The position numbers were made by a program, and so were the translations under genes. A DNA stretch of 64,000 bases, taken from Piromyces finnis finn. Lineage: Eukaryota; Fungi; Neocallimastigomycota. Of this stretch, positions 1 through 12,567 are shown one piece after another (position 1 is the stretch's first letter; each line of letters opens with the position of its first letter). Under the pieces are notes generated by a model, which was not told the origin of the DNA, ran no database searches, and saw only the letters and a program-made list of their open reading frames with translations. Where the stretch lies: NCBI GenBank assembly GCA_002104945.1, contig MCFH01000023.1, positions 248,001 through 312,000 of the forward strand, read 5' to 3'.

Positions 1-2324
1 TTTAATTCTTTTTTTAGTAGACGATAATGATATAATATTTCCAGAAAACCCGAATCTTTATTTATGATTATATTTTTATACCAATCTTTTCCAATATCAA
101 TTTTTGATTCTTCATTTACCATAATATTTAATAATTGATTATTTGATAATGGTGTTTTATGTGTTGATAAAGTAAGTAAATTTAATATAAAAGTATTATC
201 AAAAACATTATATTTAAAAATAGTAAATAATAGATCATATTTTCTGTTTTTAATAAGAATGTCTAGGAATTCCGATGATATAGTTATATTATTCTTTATT
301 AATAATTTTAAAGCTTTCTTGTTTAATAACCTTTCTTCATAAAGTTTGACAATTATTTCTTTTTCATGAATTTTAAAATTTATATTTGCTCCATTTTTTA
401 AAAATAGACTAGCTATATTATATCTCTTATTGGCAATGGCACAATATAATGGTGATTTATATTTTCGAGAATCCTTGGAATCCACAACAACATAGTCTAA
501 AGATAAATAATGACTCATTAAAAATGAAATAGTATTGAAAGAAATATCTTTTTCAATTGTATATATTAATAAATCAAATAGCTTATTATTAAAATATGAT
601 AAAATAATATTATATTTAATAATATATTTTTTTAATTCTAGAATGTCTTCTGTTTCGATTAATTTTATTATAGTTTTAAATCTACCCTCACTATTATTTA
701 GATTGTCTATGAAAAAACTGTCTAATGGAATTAAATCCATTTTTTTAATATTTTGTATAAATGATTTCTTTCTTTCATTACAATATATGTATTTATCTTT
801 ATCTAATAATTGAAAAATATCTTTAAATATTTGTTCTTTATTCCTATTATCATTGATATATAAAAATGTGATTGCTTCGAAATTATTGCTCTCAAGAGCT
901 TTTTCATACATTAAATCATTAATATTAATTTTTGTTTTTTCTTCATACAGAATTCTATGTAATTGTTTACTTGATAATGTTGTATGATTTTTATATATAG
1001 ATAGTAGTTTCAATATAAACAAATTATTATATATATACTTTTCAAAAATACATTTTAACAAATCCAATTTATTATCAACAATTAATTGATTAATGGTATT
1101 AGGCAAAATTTGAAATTGACAATTTAATATATATTTCAATTTTTTATTATCTAATATTCTATCTTCATAAAGCCATGTTAATATATCTATCTTATTTATA
1201 TTTAAACCAATTTTTATTAAGAAATCAAAAAATTTAAATTTGTTCTTTGATAAAACTAAGTAAAAAAGGGTTGTATCGTCTTTATAATTTTTATCTGAAG
1301 AGAAATCTAAATTTTCATAATGACAAGTTTTATAAATAAAATTTAGCATTTCAATTGAATAACTACTTTTTATTGTAAATTTCAGTATATCATCTTTTTG
1401 GTTAAAATCTTCTCGATAATCAGCGAGTTTAATATTATTTTCTTTTATATATGATTTTAAATGGTAGACATTATTATTTTTAATTAATTGACTTATTTTA
1501 TATTTTATTTCTTGCTTTGTTTTATTACTTTCTAATATATTTATTAATTTTTCTTTTGTTGAAATTTTGAATGGGCTATTTTTTATCTTATTTAAAAAAG
1601 GTCCTTTTAATTTATTATTTTGATTTAATATTGAAATGATATTCTTTGCAATTACATTTGTTTCTCTAGTATCGTACAAATATAATAGCATTATTGTCTC
1701 AATACAATTATTCATTATTGCTACTTCGTACATAGTTTTATTAAATTTTATTTTTTCTTTTTCCTTTTTAGTCATGTCAAATAATTCGGTATAAGATAAT
1801 TTTGTTTTATTCTTTTGAAACGATAGTAATGAAAGAATGAAACTATTATCATAGATATAATTATTAAAAATTTGATTTAAGAATACATGATTATTTATTT
1901 TAATTAATTCCATTAATAATTCTGAATTAATATTAAGACCATTTCTTATTAAATATTGAGTACCTCTTTTTGTTTTCTTTAATATTATATTACCATATGA
2001 TAATGAATTAACTTCTGTTCCATTTTCTATTATATATTTAGCTATTTCAAAATTATGCTTTTCAATTGAAATAGAAAGAAAGGTACTGTTTAAAAGATTA
2101 TATTTTCCATGAATATTAATAAATTCAAATATTTCAGGTGAAACTTTATTTTCAATACACTGTTTTAAGTTAGTATAACCATTATAACCATTAAATTCTT
2201 CTTTCAAATCTTGTAAATTGATGTTATTGTTCTTAATGTAATTTTTTAATTTATCAAGGTTATTTTCATTAATAATCTTAAATAAATTTATCATAATTAA
2301 GGTTTTATCTTTTGTAAAAGACAT
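1..2324 (-). CDS. Ankyrin-like repeat protein of a gut-fungal expanded family (3' end runs off the window)
   Basis: ATG at 2324 (MSFTKDKTLIMINLF...). The frame was open at every point I translated, down to base 1; it is absent from the ORF track, probably because no stop lies in the window. Ankyrin-like segments: LSISIEKHNFEIAKYIIENGTEVN and KSPLYCAIANKRYNIASLFLKNGANINF. It also carries a repeated unit YDNSFILSLLSFQKNKTKLS / FDNTFILNLLTLSTHKTPLS shared with 31172..34894. Confidence 0.8.
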   Translation of the reverse strand, partial: MSFTKDKTLIMINLFKIINENNLDKLKNYIKNNNINLQDLKEEFNGYNGYTNLKQCIENKVSPEIFEFINIHGKYNLLNSTFLSISIEKHNFEIAKYIIENGTEVNSLSYGNIILKKTKRGTQYLIRNGLNINSELLMELIKINNHVFLNQIFNNYIYDNSFILSLLSFQKNKTKLSYTELFDMTKKEKEKIKFNKTMYEVAIMNNCIETIMLLYLYDTRETNVIAKNIISILNQNNKLKGPFLNKIKNSPFKISTKEKLINILESNKTKQEIKYKISQLIKNNNVYHLKSYIKENNIKLADYREDFNQKDDILKFTIKSSYSIEMLNFIYKTCHYENLDFSSDKNYKDDTTLFYLVLSKNKFKFFDFLIKIGLNINKIDILTWLYEDRILDNKKLKYILNCQFQILPNTINQLIVDNKLDLLKCIFEKYIYNNLFILKLLSIYKNHTTLSSKQLHRILYEEKTKININDLMYEKALESNNFEAITFLYINDNRNKEQIFKDIFQLLDKDKYIYCNERKKSFIQNIKKMDLIPLDSFFIDNLNNSEGRFKTIIKLIETEDILELKKYIIKYNIILSYFNNKLFDLLIYTIEKDISFNTISFLMSHYLSLDYVVVDSKDSRKYKSPLYCAIANKRYNIASLFLKNGANINFKIHEKEIIVKLYEERLLNKKALKLLIKNNITISSEFLDILIKNRKYDLLFTIFKYNVFDNTFILNLLTLSTHKTPLSNNQLLNIMVNEESKIDIGKDWYKNIIINKDSGFLEILYHYRLLKKEL

Positions 2325-2800
2325 TTTGCTTTATTACTTTCCCTTTACAAAATATTAGAATCTATCGAATTTTATTTAGCATATTAATGACGATAATTTA
2401 TTTTTGTTATTAAATTATGAATCTACATAAATTTATATTATAAAGTGTATTGAACAAAATTTTATGATAAATTTAAATATATTAATTGGGAAAATAAAAT
2501 TTATATTCAAAACAAATATATATAGTTAAAAAAAAAAAAAAAAAACTTTGAATTTTACATGAATATAATATATTTAATAAATAGTATACATATAAATATT
2601 CATCTTTTTAATACATTACTCTTGAGATTAATAATTTATATGATATTATTATAAAAGTATTAATAATCTTTTGATAATGAAAGATATTAATTTATTATGA
2701 TTTTATAGTTTAGATTTTTCAAAAATTAATTAAATTTTATCAAATAAAATACAAAATATAATTAAGTCAATGTATTATAAGAGGTATTCGGAGGAAAATT

Positions 2801-5800
2801 TTAATTTATATTATTTTCTCTTCCTTCTTGATATATATAAAGATTGACTCCAATAATTATATTATTTCTGTTTTTTAAATTTTCACTTCTGGTAAAATAT
2901 TTAATTCCAAATCTTTCATTATATTTGTCGAAACATAACATCTCATTTAATTTTATTTCTATTATATATATAAAAAAATTAATATGTATTATTGTTCATT
3001 TTAATTTTTTATATGGATATAGTAATTACCTCTCGGTTCAATATTTAAATTTCGAATTGAAAATACTCCTCTCGCGTGTACAGTCTCATTAGAATTCATT
3101 TTTCTCAAATAAACAGAAACATAATTGATGTATTTATTATCACTCTCTTTTATCTCAATTCTCCTATTGATTTTTAATTATCATTATTAAATAATATTAG
3201 AATATTCCTTATAATTAATATATAAACCACTATTCCTATAATATATTATGCAAAATAAAAATATTTTCATTATCATCAATTACCATATATTATTAAACAT
3301 TTTTATAGGAGGACAATAATACAACTTCTCTGGAACTACTTTACTCCATTTTTCAATATTCCACTCCATATAACCATTGTATATAAGCTCATAATTTGAA
3401 TACTCATTAGTTAAGGTATTAATCAAACTATTTGAATAATCTATATTTATATTTAAATCTATATAATTATATATTTAATAATTTATAAATATTTGTTTAT
3501 GTATTCATATATATTATGATAACTATATATTGTAAAAATATTACCTTTAGGAGTATTTAATATTTCATTATATAATATATTCTTATCTAATGGTTTTAGT
3601 ATTGATTGATCTTTTTATTGTTAAAAATTAGAATAATAATATTATTATTAAATAAGAAATATATAATTTAATTAAATACCTTTCTCATTTATTTTGTGGG
3701 ATTGAATATAAATGCCAATTATTAACGGTTCCGTTTTTAATTTATCAAAATCAATATTTTGACTAAATTTGAAAACTTCCTTGTTATTAATTGTTTTGGA
3801 TAAACCTATTATTATTATTAATAATATTTTTTATATTTTTAAAATATTTAATTTATCAGCATTAATAACAATATAAAATAAATTAATAAATTAATATTTA
3901 CATTTTATTTCATCAAGTAAAAAGTAGCTAGAAGTAATACTAGAGAACGCAATATTAACAAAGGTATTATAATCATTTTTAATTAAAACTAAATCAAATG
4001 TAAAAGTGTGATTGTTTTTCCTTTCTACATTTATTTTCCTATTTAAAATAAAATAAAGGATTATATTTTTAATAAAAAAAATAATAACGACTAATTTATA
4101 TTATTTAAAAAGTTATATATTAAAAATTTAGATAGATTACCATAAAAAATTATTATTCATAAAATTAGGACTAGATCCTTTTCCTTTATCTTTCAACCTT
4201 TCTACATTTTTAATTTTCCATTCTCTATATTCTTCATATTCTTGAACATTAGTTGAATAATCATTTTGACTTTTAAGTTTTTCTTTCAGCTTATACTTAT
4301 GTTGTTCTTTGAAATTACAATAAAAAATTTTTATTAATAATTATAGTGATAAATTATAATTCTAAATTAAAATTAATAATTATATATAAATTAAAATTCT
4401 AAATTTTATAATTATATTTAATTTACCTTCTAATAATGCAGTAAATGAAGAAGATGAAATACTTATATATTTCTTTAAATTATTTATTATACTTTTATTT
4501 TGATATTTTTCTGCATAATTTAAAAAGGAATAATCATATTTATTTTCTTTAAATATATCTGCTTCATGTTCAATTAAAATATTTGCTGCTTTTTCATTTC
4601 CTGTTTTACAAGCAACAATTAAAGGTGTATCACCTTTTTCATCCTCTATATTTATATCAGCTCCTCTGTCTATTAAATATTTTGCCATTTTTTCATTTTT
4701 ATTCCCATATAATGAAATTAAAGGTGAATTACCATTTTTATTAAATTTATTTATATCCGCTCCATTATCAATTAATGTTTTCATTATACTTTCATTATTT
4801 TTATTACAGGCTATGGTCAAAGGTGTTTCACCATCCATATTTTCTTTATTTATATCAATTTTATTTTCATCTCTAGATAATGTGTCTACTAAATATCTCA
4901 CGATGTTCTCATTTCCAACTCTACAAGCTACAATTAGAGGTGTATTACCTTTTTCATTTTCTTCATTTACATTGGCTCCTTTTTCAATTAAATATTTAAC
5001 AAGATTTTCATCTGGTGAACGTAATGAACCAGAAGAAATAGGATCACATGCTGAAATTAATAATGTATTTCCTTTTCCGTTCTTTTTATTTATATTTGCT
5101 CCTTTTTCAATTAAATAATATAATATTTCATCTTTTCTATATTTAAATGAAGTGAATAGAGGTGAATTTCCATTTTTATCTTTTTTATTTATATTGACTC
5201 CATTTTCTATTAAATATTTAACAATATTCATACATCCACGTTCTGTAGCTATAATTAAAGGTGTATCTTTAAATTTATTTCGTTTATTTAAATCTGCTCC
5301 ATTATCAATTAATAATTTAGCTATGAATTCATTTTTCTTTTTACATGAAATAATTAAAGGTGTGTCACCAAATTCATCAGTTTTATTTATATTTGCTTCA
5401 TTATCAATTAAATATTTAACTATACTTTGGTTTTCATTTCGACATGCAACAGCCAGAGGTGTATCACCTTTTTTATTTTCTTTATTTATATTAGCGCCAT
5501 TATCAATTAAATATTTAACCATAACTTCATTATCATTTTTACAAGAGATTAATAAAGGTGAATCACCATTAATATTAACCTTATTTATATGCGCTCCATT
5601 ATCAATTAATATTTTTACTATATTTTCATAATTTTTATTACATGCTATTATCAAAGGTGTTTCACCATCCATATTTTCTTTATTTATATCAATTTTATTT
5701 TCATCTCTAGATAATGTGTCTATTAAATATCTCACGATGTTCTCATTTCCAATTCTACAAGCTGTAATTAGAGGTGTATTACCTTTTTCATTTTCTTCAT

Positions 5801-8800
5801 TTACATCGGCTCCTTTTTCAATTAAATATTTAACAAGATCTTCATCTGGTGAACGTAATGAACCAGAAGAAATAGGATCACATGCTGAAATTAATAATGT
5901 ATTTCCTTTTCCGTTCTTTTTATTTATATCTGCTCCTTTTTCAATTAAATAGTGTAGTATTTCATCTTTTCTATATTCAAATGATACGAATAGAGGTGAA
6001 CTTCCACTTTTATCTTCCTTATTTATATCAGCACCGTTCTCAATTAAATGTCTTACTATATTCATATTTCCATATTTAATTGCAACTATTAAAGGAGTAT
6101 CTTTAAATCTATTTCTTTTATTTACATTTGCATTTTTATCAATCAATTCTTTTACTAAGGATTCATCTTCATTTTTACATGCCATTATTAAAGGTGTTTC
6201 ACCATTTATATTTTTTTTATTAATATCTTCTACATTTTTAATTATATACGGTGTACCAACATTTTCTTTCTCACGTTTTATATTTTTATTAATAATTTTT
6301 TCTTTATTAAATGGATTATTTAAAATTATATTATCATTAATATTTTTATCATCTGTATTAACTATTTTTTCATCTCCAAAAGGTGTATCAACGCTATTTT
6401 TCGTTATGTTTTCATCAATAATTTCTAATGAGGTTCTTAATGGAGTAGTGTTACTTTTATCTTCGTATTTAATTCCAGCACCTTTTTCAATTAAATATTT
6501 TGTTAATTTTTCGTTATTATTTTTTTTAGTAATCATTAAAAGTGTATCACCGTTTTTATTAACTTTATTTACATTTGCATCGTTATCAATTAATATTCTT
6601 ACTATATTTTCATTGTTTTTTTCACATGCTATAATTAAAGGTGTTTCACCATCAATATTTACTTTATTTATGTTAACTCTGTTTTTATCTCTTGATAATG
6701 TATCAACTAAATATTTCACTACATTTTCATTTTCAGTTTTACAAGCATTAATTAAAGCAGTGTCACCATTTTCATTTTCTTCGTTTACATCGGCATCTTT
6801 TTCAATTAAATATTTTATTAGGTTGTCATTTTCATCAGAATGAACAGATGAACATAAAAGCATTAATAGTGTATTTCCTTTACTGTCTTTTTTATTAATA
6901 TCAGCTCCATTTTCGATCAAATCATAAATTGCATTAATATTTCCATTTCCATATGAAATAAATATAGGTGAATTTCCTTTTTCCCCTTCTATATTAACAT
7001 TTGCTCCTTTCTCAATTAAACATTTCATTATATTTTTACACCTTTTTTTAATTGAAATAATTAAAGGAGTATTTTTTGATATATTTTGTTGATTTACATC
7101 AGCGCCTTTATCAATTAAATATTTTACTAAATTTTCGTTTTTCTTTTCGCATGCAATAATTAGTGGGGAATCATCATCTCTACTTACTTTATTGATATCT
7201 GCTCCATAATCAATTAAAATCTTTACTATATTTTCATTGTTTTTTTCACATGCTATAATTAAAGGTGTTTCACCATCAATATTTATTTTATCAATAACAG
7301 CTGTACTTTTATTTATAGATAGTGCTTCAACTAAGCATTTAACTATTTTTTCATTTTCATTTTTAATAGCAACTATTAAAGAAGTATCACCATTATTGTT
7401 TTCTTTATATATATCTGCCCCCTTTTCAATTAAATATTTTATTATATGTTCATTTTCATCAGGTGAAAAATATGAACTTGATGATAATGAGCATGCATGA
7501 ATCAAGAGAGTATCCCCTTTTCCATTTTTTTTATTTATATCAGCTCCATTTTTAATTAAAGAATATGTAATATCCTTTTCCCCATTATTGTAGGAAATAA
7601 ATATTGGCGGATTTTTATTTTTATCTTCTTTATCTATATCAGCACCTTTTTCTATTAAATACTCTATTATATTTCTACATCCAGATTTAATTGCAAAAAT
7701 TAATGGTGTATTTTCGAATTTATTTTGGATATTAACATTAGCGCCAATATCAATTAAATATTTTGCTAAAACTTCATTTCTTTTCATACATGCTATTATC
7801 AAAGGTGTTTCACCATTCCTGTTTTCTTTATTAATATTACGTTGTATTTCATCTTTTGATAATTTATCTATTAAATATTTCACCATTACCTCATTTCCAA
7901 CTTTACATGCGACAATTAAAGCAGAATCACCATTTTCTTTTACTTTATTTACATCTGCTCCATGATCAATTAATATTTTTGCTATTTTTTCTTTATTATT
8001 ATTGCATGCTATAATCAAAGGAGTTTCTCCATTATTGTTTTCTTTATCAATATCAATTTTGTTTTCAACTTTTGATAATGTATCTACTAAATATTTTACG
8101 ATGTTTTCATTTCCTGCTCTACAAGCAACAATTAATGCAGAATCACCATTTTTTTTCACTTTATTCAAATCTACTCCATAATCAATTAATATTTTTACTA
8201 ATTTTTCTTTTTTTTCTTGACATGCTTTAATTAACGGTGTTTCACCATCTAAATTCCCTTTATTTATATCAACTTTATTTTCATTTCTTGATAATGTATC
8301 AAGTAAATACTTTACCATTTTTTCATTTCCAACTCTACAAGCTGCAATTAGAGGTGTATTACCCTTTTCATTTTCTTCATTTACATCTGCGCCTATTTTA
8401 ATTAAAAATTTTACTAAATTTTCTTCTGGTAAATTAGATGAACCAGCAGAGAATGGATCGCATGCTGAAATTAAAAGTGTATTTCCTTTATTATCCTTTT
8501 TATTAAAATCAGCACCCTTTTCAATTAAATAGACCATCATATCCTTATTTCCATATTTAAATGAAATGAATACAGGTGAATTTCCATCCTCATCTTCTTT
8601 ATTTACATCAGCTCCATTTTCTATTAAATACTTTACCACTTTTATACTTCCATTTTTAATTGCAAGAATTAAAGGTGTTTCTTTGAATTTATTTGGTTGA
8701 TTTACATCTGCCCCTTTTTCAATTAAATATTTCACTATATCCTCATTTTTCTTTTCGCACGCTATTATTAAGGGTGAATCACCACTACGATTAATTTCAT

Positions 8801-10919
8801 TAATATTTGCTCCATTATTTATTGCTTTTTTACTAAATTTAAATTATTTTCTTTACAAGCCTTAAATAATGATGCTTGGTCATTCATATTTCCTTTTTTA
8901 CTTTTAGTATTAGTTCCAATTGCAACCCCAGACGAAGTAGCAATTACAGCATTAGTATTAGTATTAATATTACTTTGTTCTTTTTTACCAGCTCCTTTTT
9001 CAGTTAAATATTTTATTAGTTTTTCATTATTATATTTTTCAGCAATCTTAAGTGCTGTATCACCATCGTTATTAACTATATCTATATTTGCACCTTTTTC
9101 AATTAAATGTTTTATTAAATCTTCATTTTCATCAATATTAACTGGTGTACTTAAATATATAAGAGAAAAAGGATCACATGCACATTTACATGCAAAAGTC
9201 AAAAGTGTATTTCCTGCTTTATCTGTTTTATTTATATCAGCACCCTTTTCAATCAAATCATAAATTAAACTAACGTTTCCATTATCATATGAAACAAATA
9301 TAGGTGAATTTCCTTCCTTATCTTCTTTATTTACATCAGATCCTTTTTCTATTAAATATTTTATTATATTTTCATTTTTTTTTTTTAATTGAAATTATTA
9401 AAGGAGTATCTCCGATTTTATTTTGTTCATTAACATTGTCACCTCTATCAATTAAATATTTTGCTATTAATTCATTATTATTTTTACATGCCATAATTAA
9501 TGATGGCTCACCTTTAGATAACATATCAATTAAAAAATTCATAATATTTTCATTCCCAATTCTGCATGAAATAGAAAAGGAAGAAGTAGGTTCTTTTATA
9601 TCTTCATTGGATACATTAGCACCTTTTTCAACAAAATATTTAATAAGATTTTCATATGGAGAATTAAATTCCTCGGAAGAAAGCTGATCACAAGCATATT
9701 TTATAAGTGTACTACTCCTCATATTATTTTTATTTATTTCATTTTCAATTAAATATACTAATATAGTTTCTTCATTATATTTAAATGCTATTAATAGAGG
9801 TATGTTTCTTTTTTTGTTTGATTTGGCATCATCTCTATTTCTATTTTCATCTTGTTCTGGTAAAAGTTTCATCAAATTATTAATTTTTTCTTTAATTGCC
9901 ATAATTATAGGAGAATAGCCATTATTGTTACCTATACTAATGTCTCTGATACTAAATAATTGATTTACTAAGTTTTCAAATATATCATCGTTTATCATTT
10001 TACATATTTTTATTATAGGTGATTCACCACTTTTATTTGATTTATTTATGTCAGCTCCATTTTCAACTAATAATCTAACTATATTTTCTATATTATCAAT
10101 TCTACTTCTATTATTTTTTCTATATTCTATATATTCTTTACAAGCTACAATTAATGGAGTATCACCATCTTTACTTAACTCATTTAAACCAATTTTATTT
10201 ACTTCATTATCGATTAATTTTTTTAATTCTCTATCAGTTATCGATTTATCAGTAATATTTAATATATTTATGATAAAATGACTATCATATAAAAGATATT
10301 TTAAAATTTTTTTTAATTTTATTAAATCTTTTCTTTGTATCAACGTAACCAAAAAATCCGAAGTAATTTTAATTTCACCATTACAACTATTATAATTATC
10401 TGAAAGAATTGAAATTATTTTATGTAAAATTTCATCATTAAATTTATTTTTTTGATAAAGTTCATTAATAATATCTATTTTTTCAGTATTTCCCTCTGAA
10501 TCCTTTTTTTCACGATATTTTTCGCCTAATTTTTTTAAGGTATTTATTTCTTTAAGTACATTATCGGTATCATTTAAATTTACTTTTTCATATATAGAAT
10601 CAATTGCAACAATATATTGGCATATAATGAAATCTTTTTCTTCAAATACACCAAAATCAATTTTATTTATTTCTAATTCATCGGCATTTTCGTTCAATTC
10701 ATTATTAAAAGAATTAGTTAATTGATTGTCTTTAGCATTGTCTAATTTATTATTACTTGAATCAATTAAATGATTATCCAAAACATTTATATTTTTATTT
10801 TTATTAATTATTTTTTTTTGAACTAAATTGAATAATTTATCATCTGAAATAAAATTATCAAGTCCTTTTCCTTTAATAAAATCATATAACTTTAAAAATT
10901 CTTCTTCCCTCTTTTCCAT
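2801..10919 (-). CDS. Giant ankyrin-repeat protein with two C-terminal MATH/TRAF-like domains. Model: exon 10919-4427 (two homopolymer frameshifts), then exons 4306-4141, 4038-3902, 3805-3680, 3610-3545, 3440-3284, 3163-3030, 2958-2801
   Basis: ORFs 9372..10919, 8819..9256 and 4380..8735 form one continuous ankyrin array (G-x-TPLI-x-AC...LI-x-x-GA-x-IN) broken at an A12 run (9375-9386) and an A6 run (8826-8831). After a GT donor at 4426, seven GT-AG exons join in consistent phase. They give EWKIKNVERLKDKGKGSSPNF..W..IIGIYIQ and EWNIEKWSKVVPEKLYYCPPIKMFNNIWRIEI..YVSVYL..GVFSIRN..FGIKYF..IIIGVNLYIY, with a stop at 2803-2801. Confidence 0.75.
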
Positions 10920-12567
10920 TGTAAATATAAAAAATATTTATAAAAAAAAAAAAAAAAAAACTTAATTTAGAATTATTGAATTTATTTTTTTGATATTTTA
11001 ATTCAATTTTAAAAAATATATGTTATAATATAAATTACAATTTATTTATATAAAAACATAATTATATATGTTATTTCTTTATTTATCTTCTTCTCTTCGT
11101 AATTTAAAAATATAAACCAAGGGATAACAATTTCTCTTTCCTCAATTAAATTTTTAGATTTTTAAAAAATAATAAAGTAAATAATTTTCTTATCTTTATA
11201 TAAAAAAAAAATTATATATAATTATATATAATATAATATATAAAAATTATAAATAAATTTATATTTTTCAAAAAAAATTTCTGTATTTTTTATATTAGTT
11301 TCGATCAATTGGGGATATATTTCAATGTTTTTATAAAAAAAAAAAATTGAACAAAATATAAAAATAACAAACGATTAAAAGATTACTTTTGTTGTTTTTC
11401 AAAAGTCTCTATACTAAAATTATTATACATTAAATCTTAAAATTATAATATTCATCAATATAAACAAGTTTTAAGTTTTTATTTTATATATAAATTTACA
11501 AATTATATATCTAAATAATAATAACAAACTAAAAATTAAAAATAATAATAAATTATATACTTAATAAAGTATTTTAAATAATTCTATATTCTCTTGAATA
11601 TTGACTAATAAAAACTACAATTATTTTAATTATGTATGTTTTTATTTAATAATAATGTTGTTTAATCCTTACAGTTTTAAAAAAATATTAAATTCCTTTT
11701 TTTCTTTTATATATTTATTTTTTGAAAATATGTTAATAATAATAATAATAAATATAATTATAAGTATTATATAAATATTTATAAATATTTATGTTTATAT
11801 ATATTTACATATTAATGATTCATTATTTTCTTTTTTAAAAGCTTTGGAAATTTAATAATTTTTAATATTATTATATCTTTATAATAAAACCTTTATCTAT
11901 GGCAACAAAAGCTTTAATATATCATTTTAATTATTTATATAAAATAAATTTATAAAAGTTATTAAATGTATATAAAGCTATTTTAGAGAATTATTATATT
12001 ATGATTATAGGGTAGAAAGGAATAATAATAATATTTTTTATTTTTTTTTTAAATGACAATTTTTTACTTTTAAAAAAAATGTTTTTATTTTTATTTTTAA
12101 TTATTAAAATCAATAAATATTTCATTTTTATTGGTTGATTATATAAATCTTAATGATTAATAAAAGTAATTTTAATAATTATTTCAATTTGTTTTTTTAA
12201 TTAGTCAACATGATTTTAATGTAATATTAATATAACTTTACTATTAGAAAAGGTAATTTTTAATATATTATTTTTCTAAATATTTGATTACTCATTTATT
12301 AATATAAAGCCGAAATCATCTGTTTATGTTTCTATTATTAAAAAAAAATAGATGAACCGCATAAAATTAATAAATAACTAATATACAATTTAATAAAAAA
12401 ATTTTCCATTTATATCATGATTATTAAATAATTAGTAATTAGAAATTTCATTTTTAGTATAAAATGTGGAAATAATAACTTTTTTTAAAGTCTTTTTTTA
12501 TTTTTATAGATACCTATTATATTTTGTATATATTTCATTTTATATAATTTTTTTAAACATATAAAAT

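Noticed and set aside
535-813. 92-aa plus-strand ORF
   Set aside because: Antisense shadow of the minus-strand ankyrin-like gene at 1..2324.
2844-3092. 82-aa plus-strand ORF
   Set aside because: Antisense to the last MATH exons and intron; no domain features.
4380-4426. ORF-track C-terminus GKLNIIIKFRILIYI*
   Set aside because: Read-through into an intron; a GT donor at 4426 and in-phase downstream exons explain it better.
4813-10281. Many plus-strand hydrophobic ORFs (4813, 5152, 5716, 5882, 6406, 7237, 9304, 10048)
   Set aside because: Repetitive antisense shadows of the ankyrin array.
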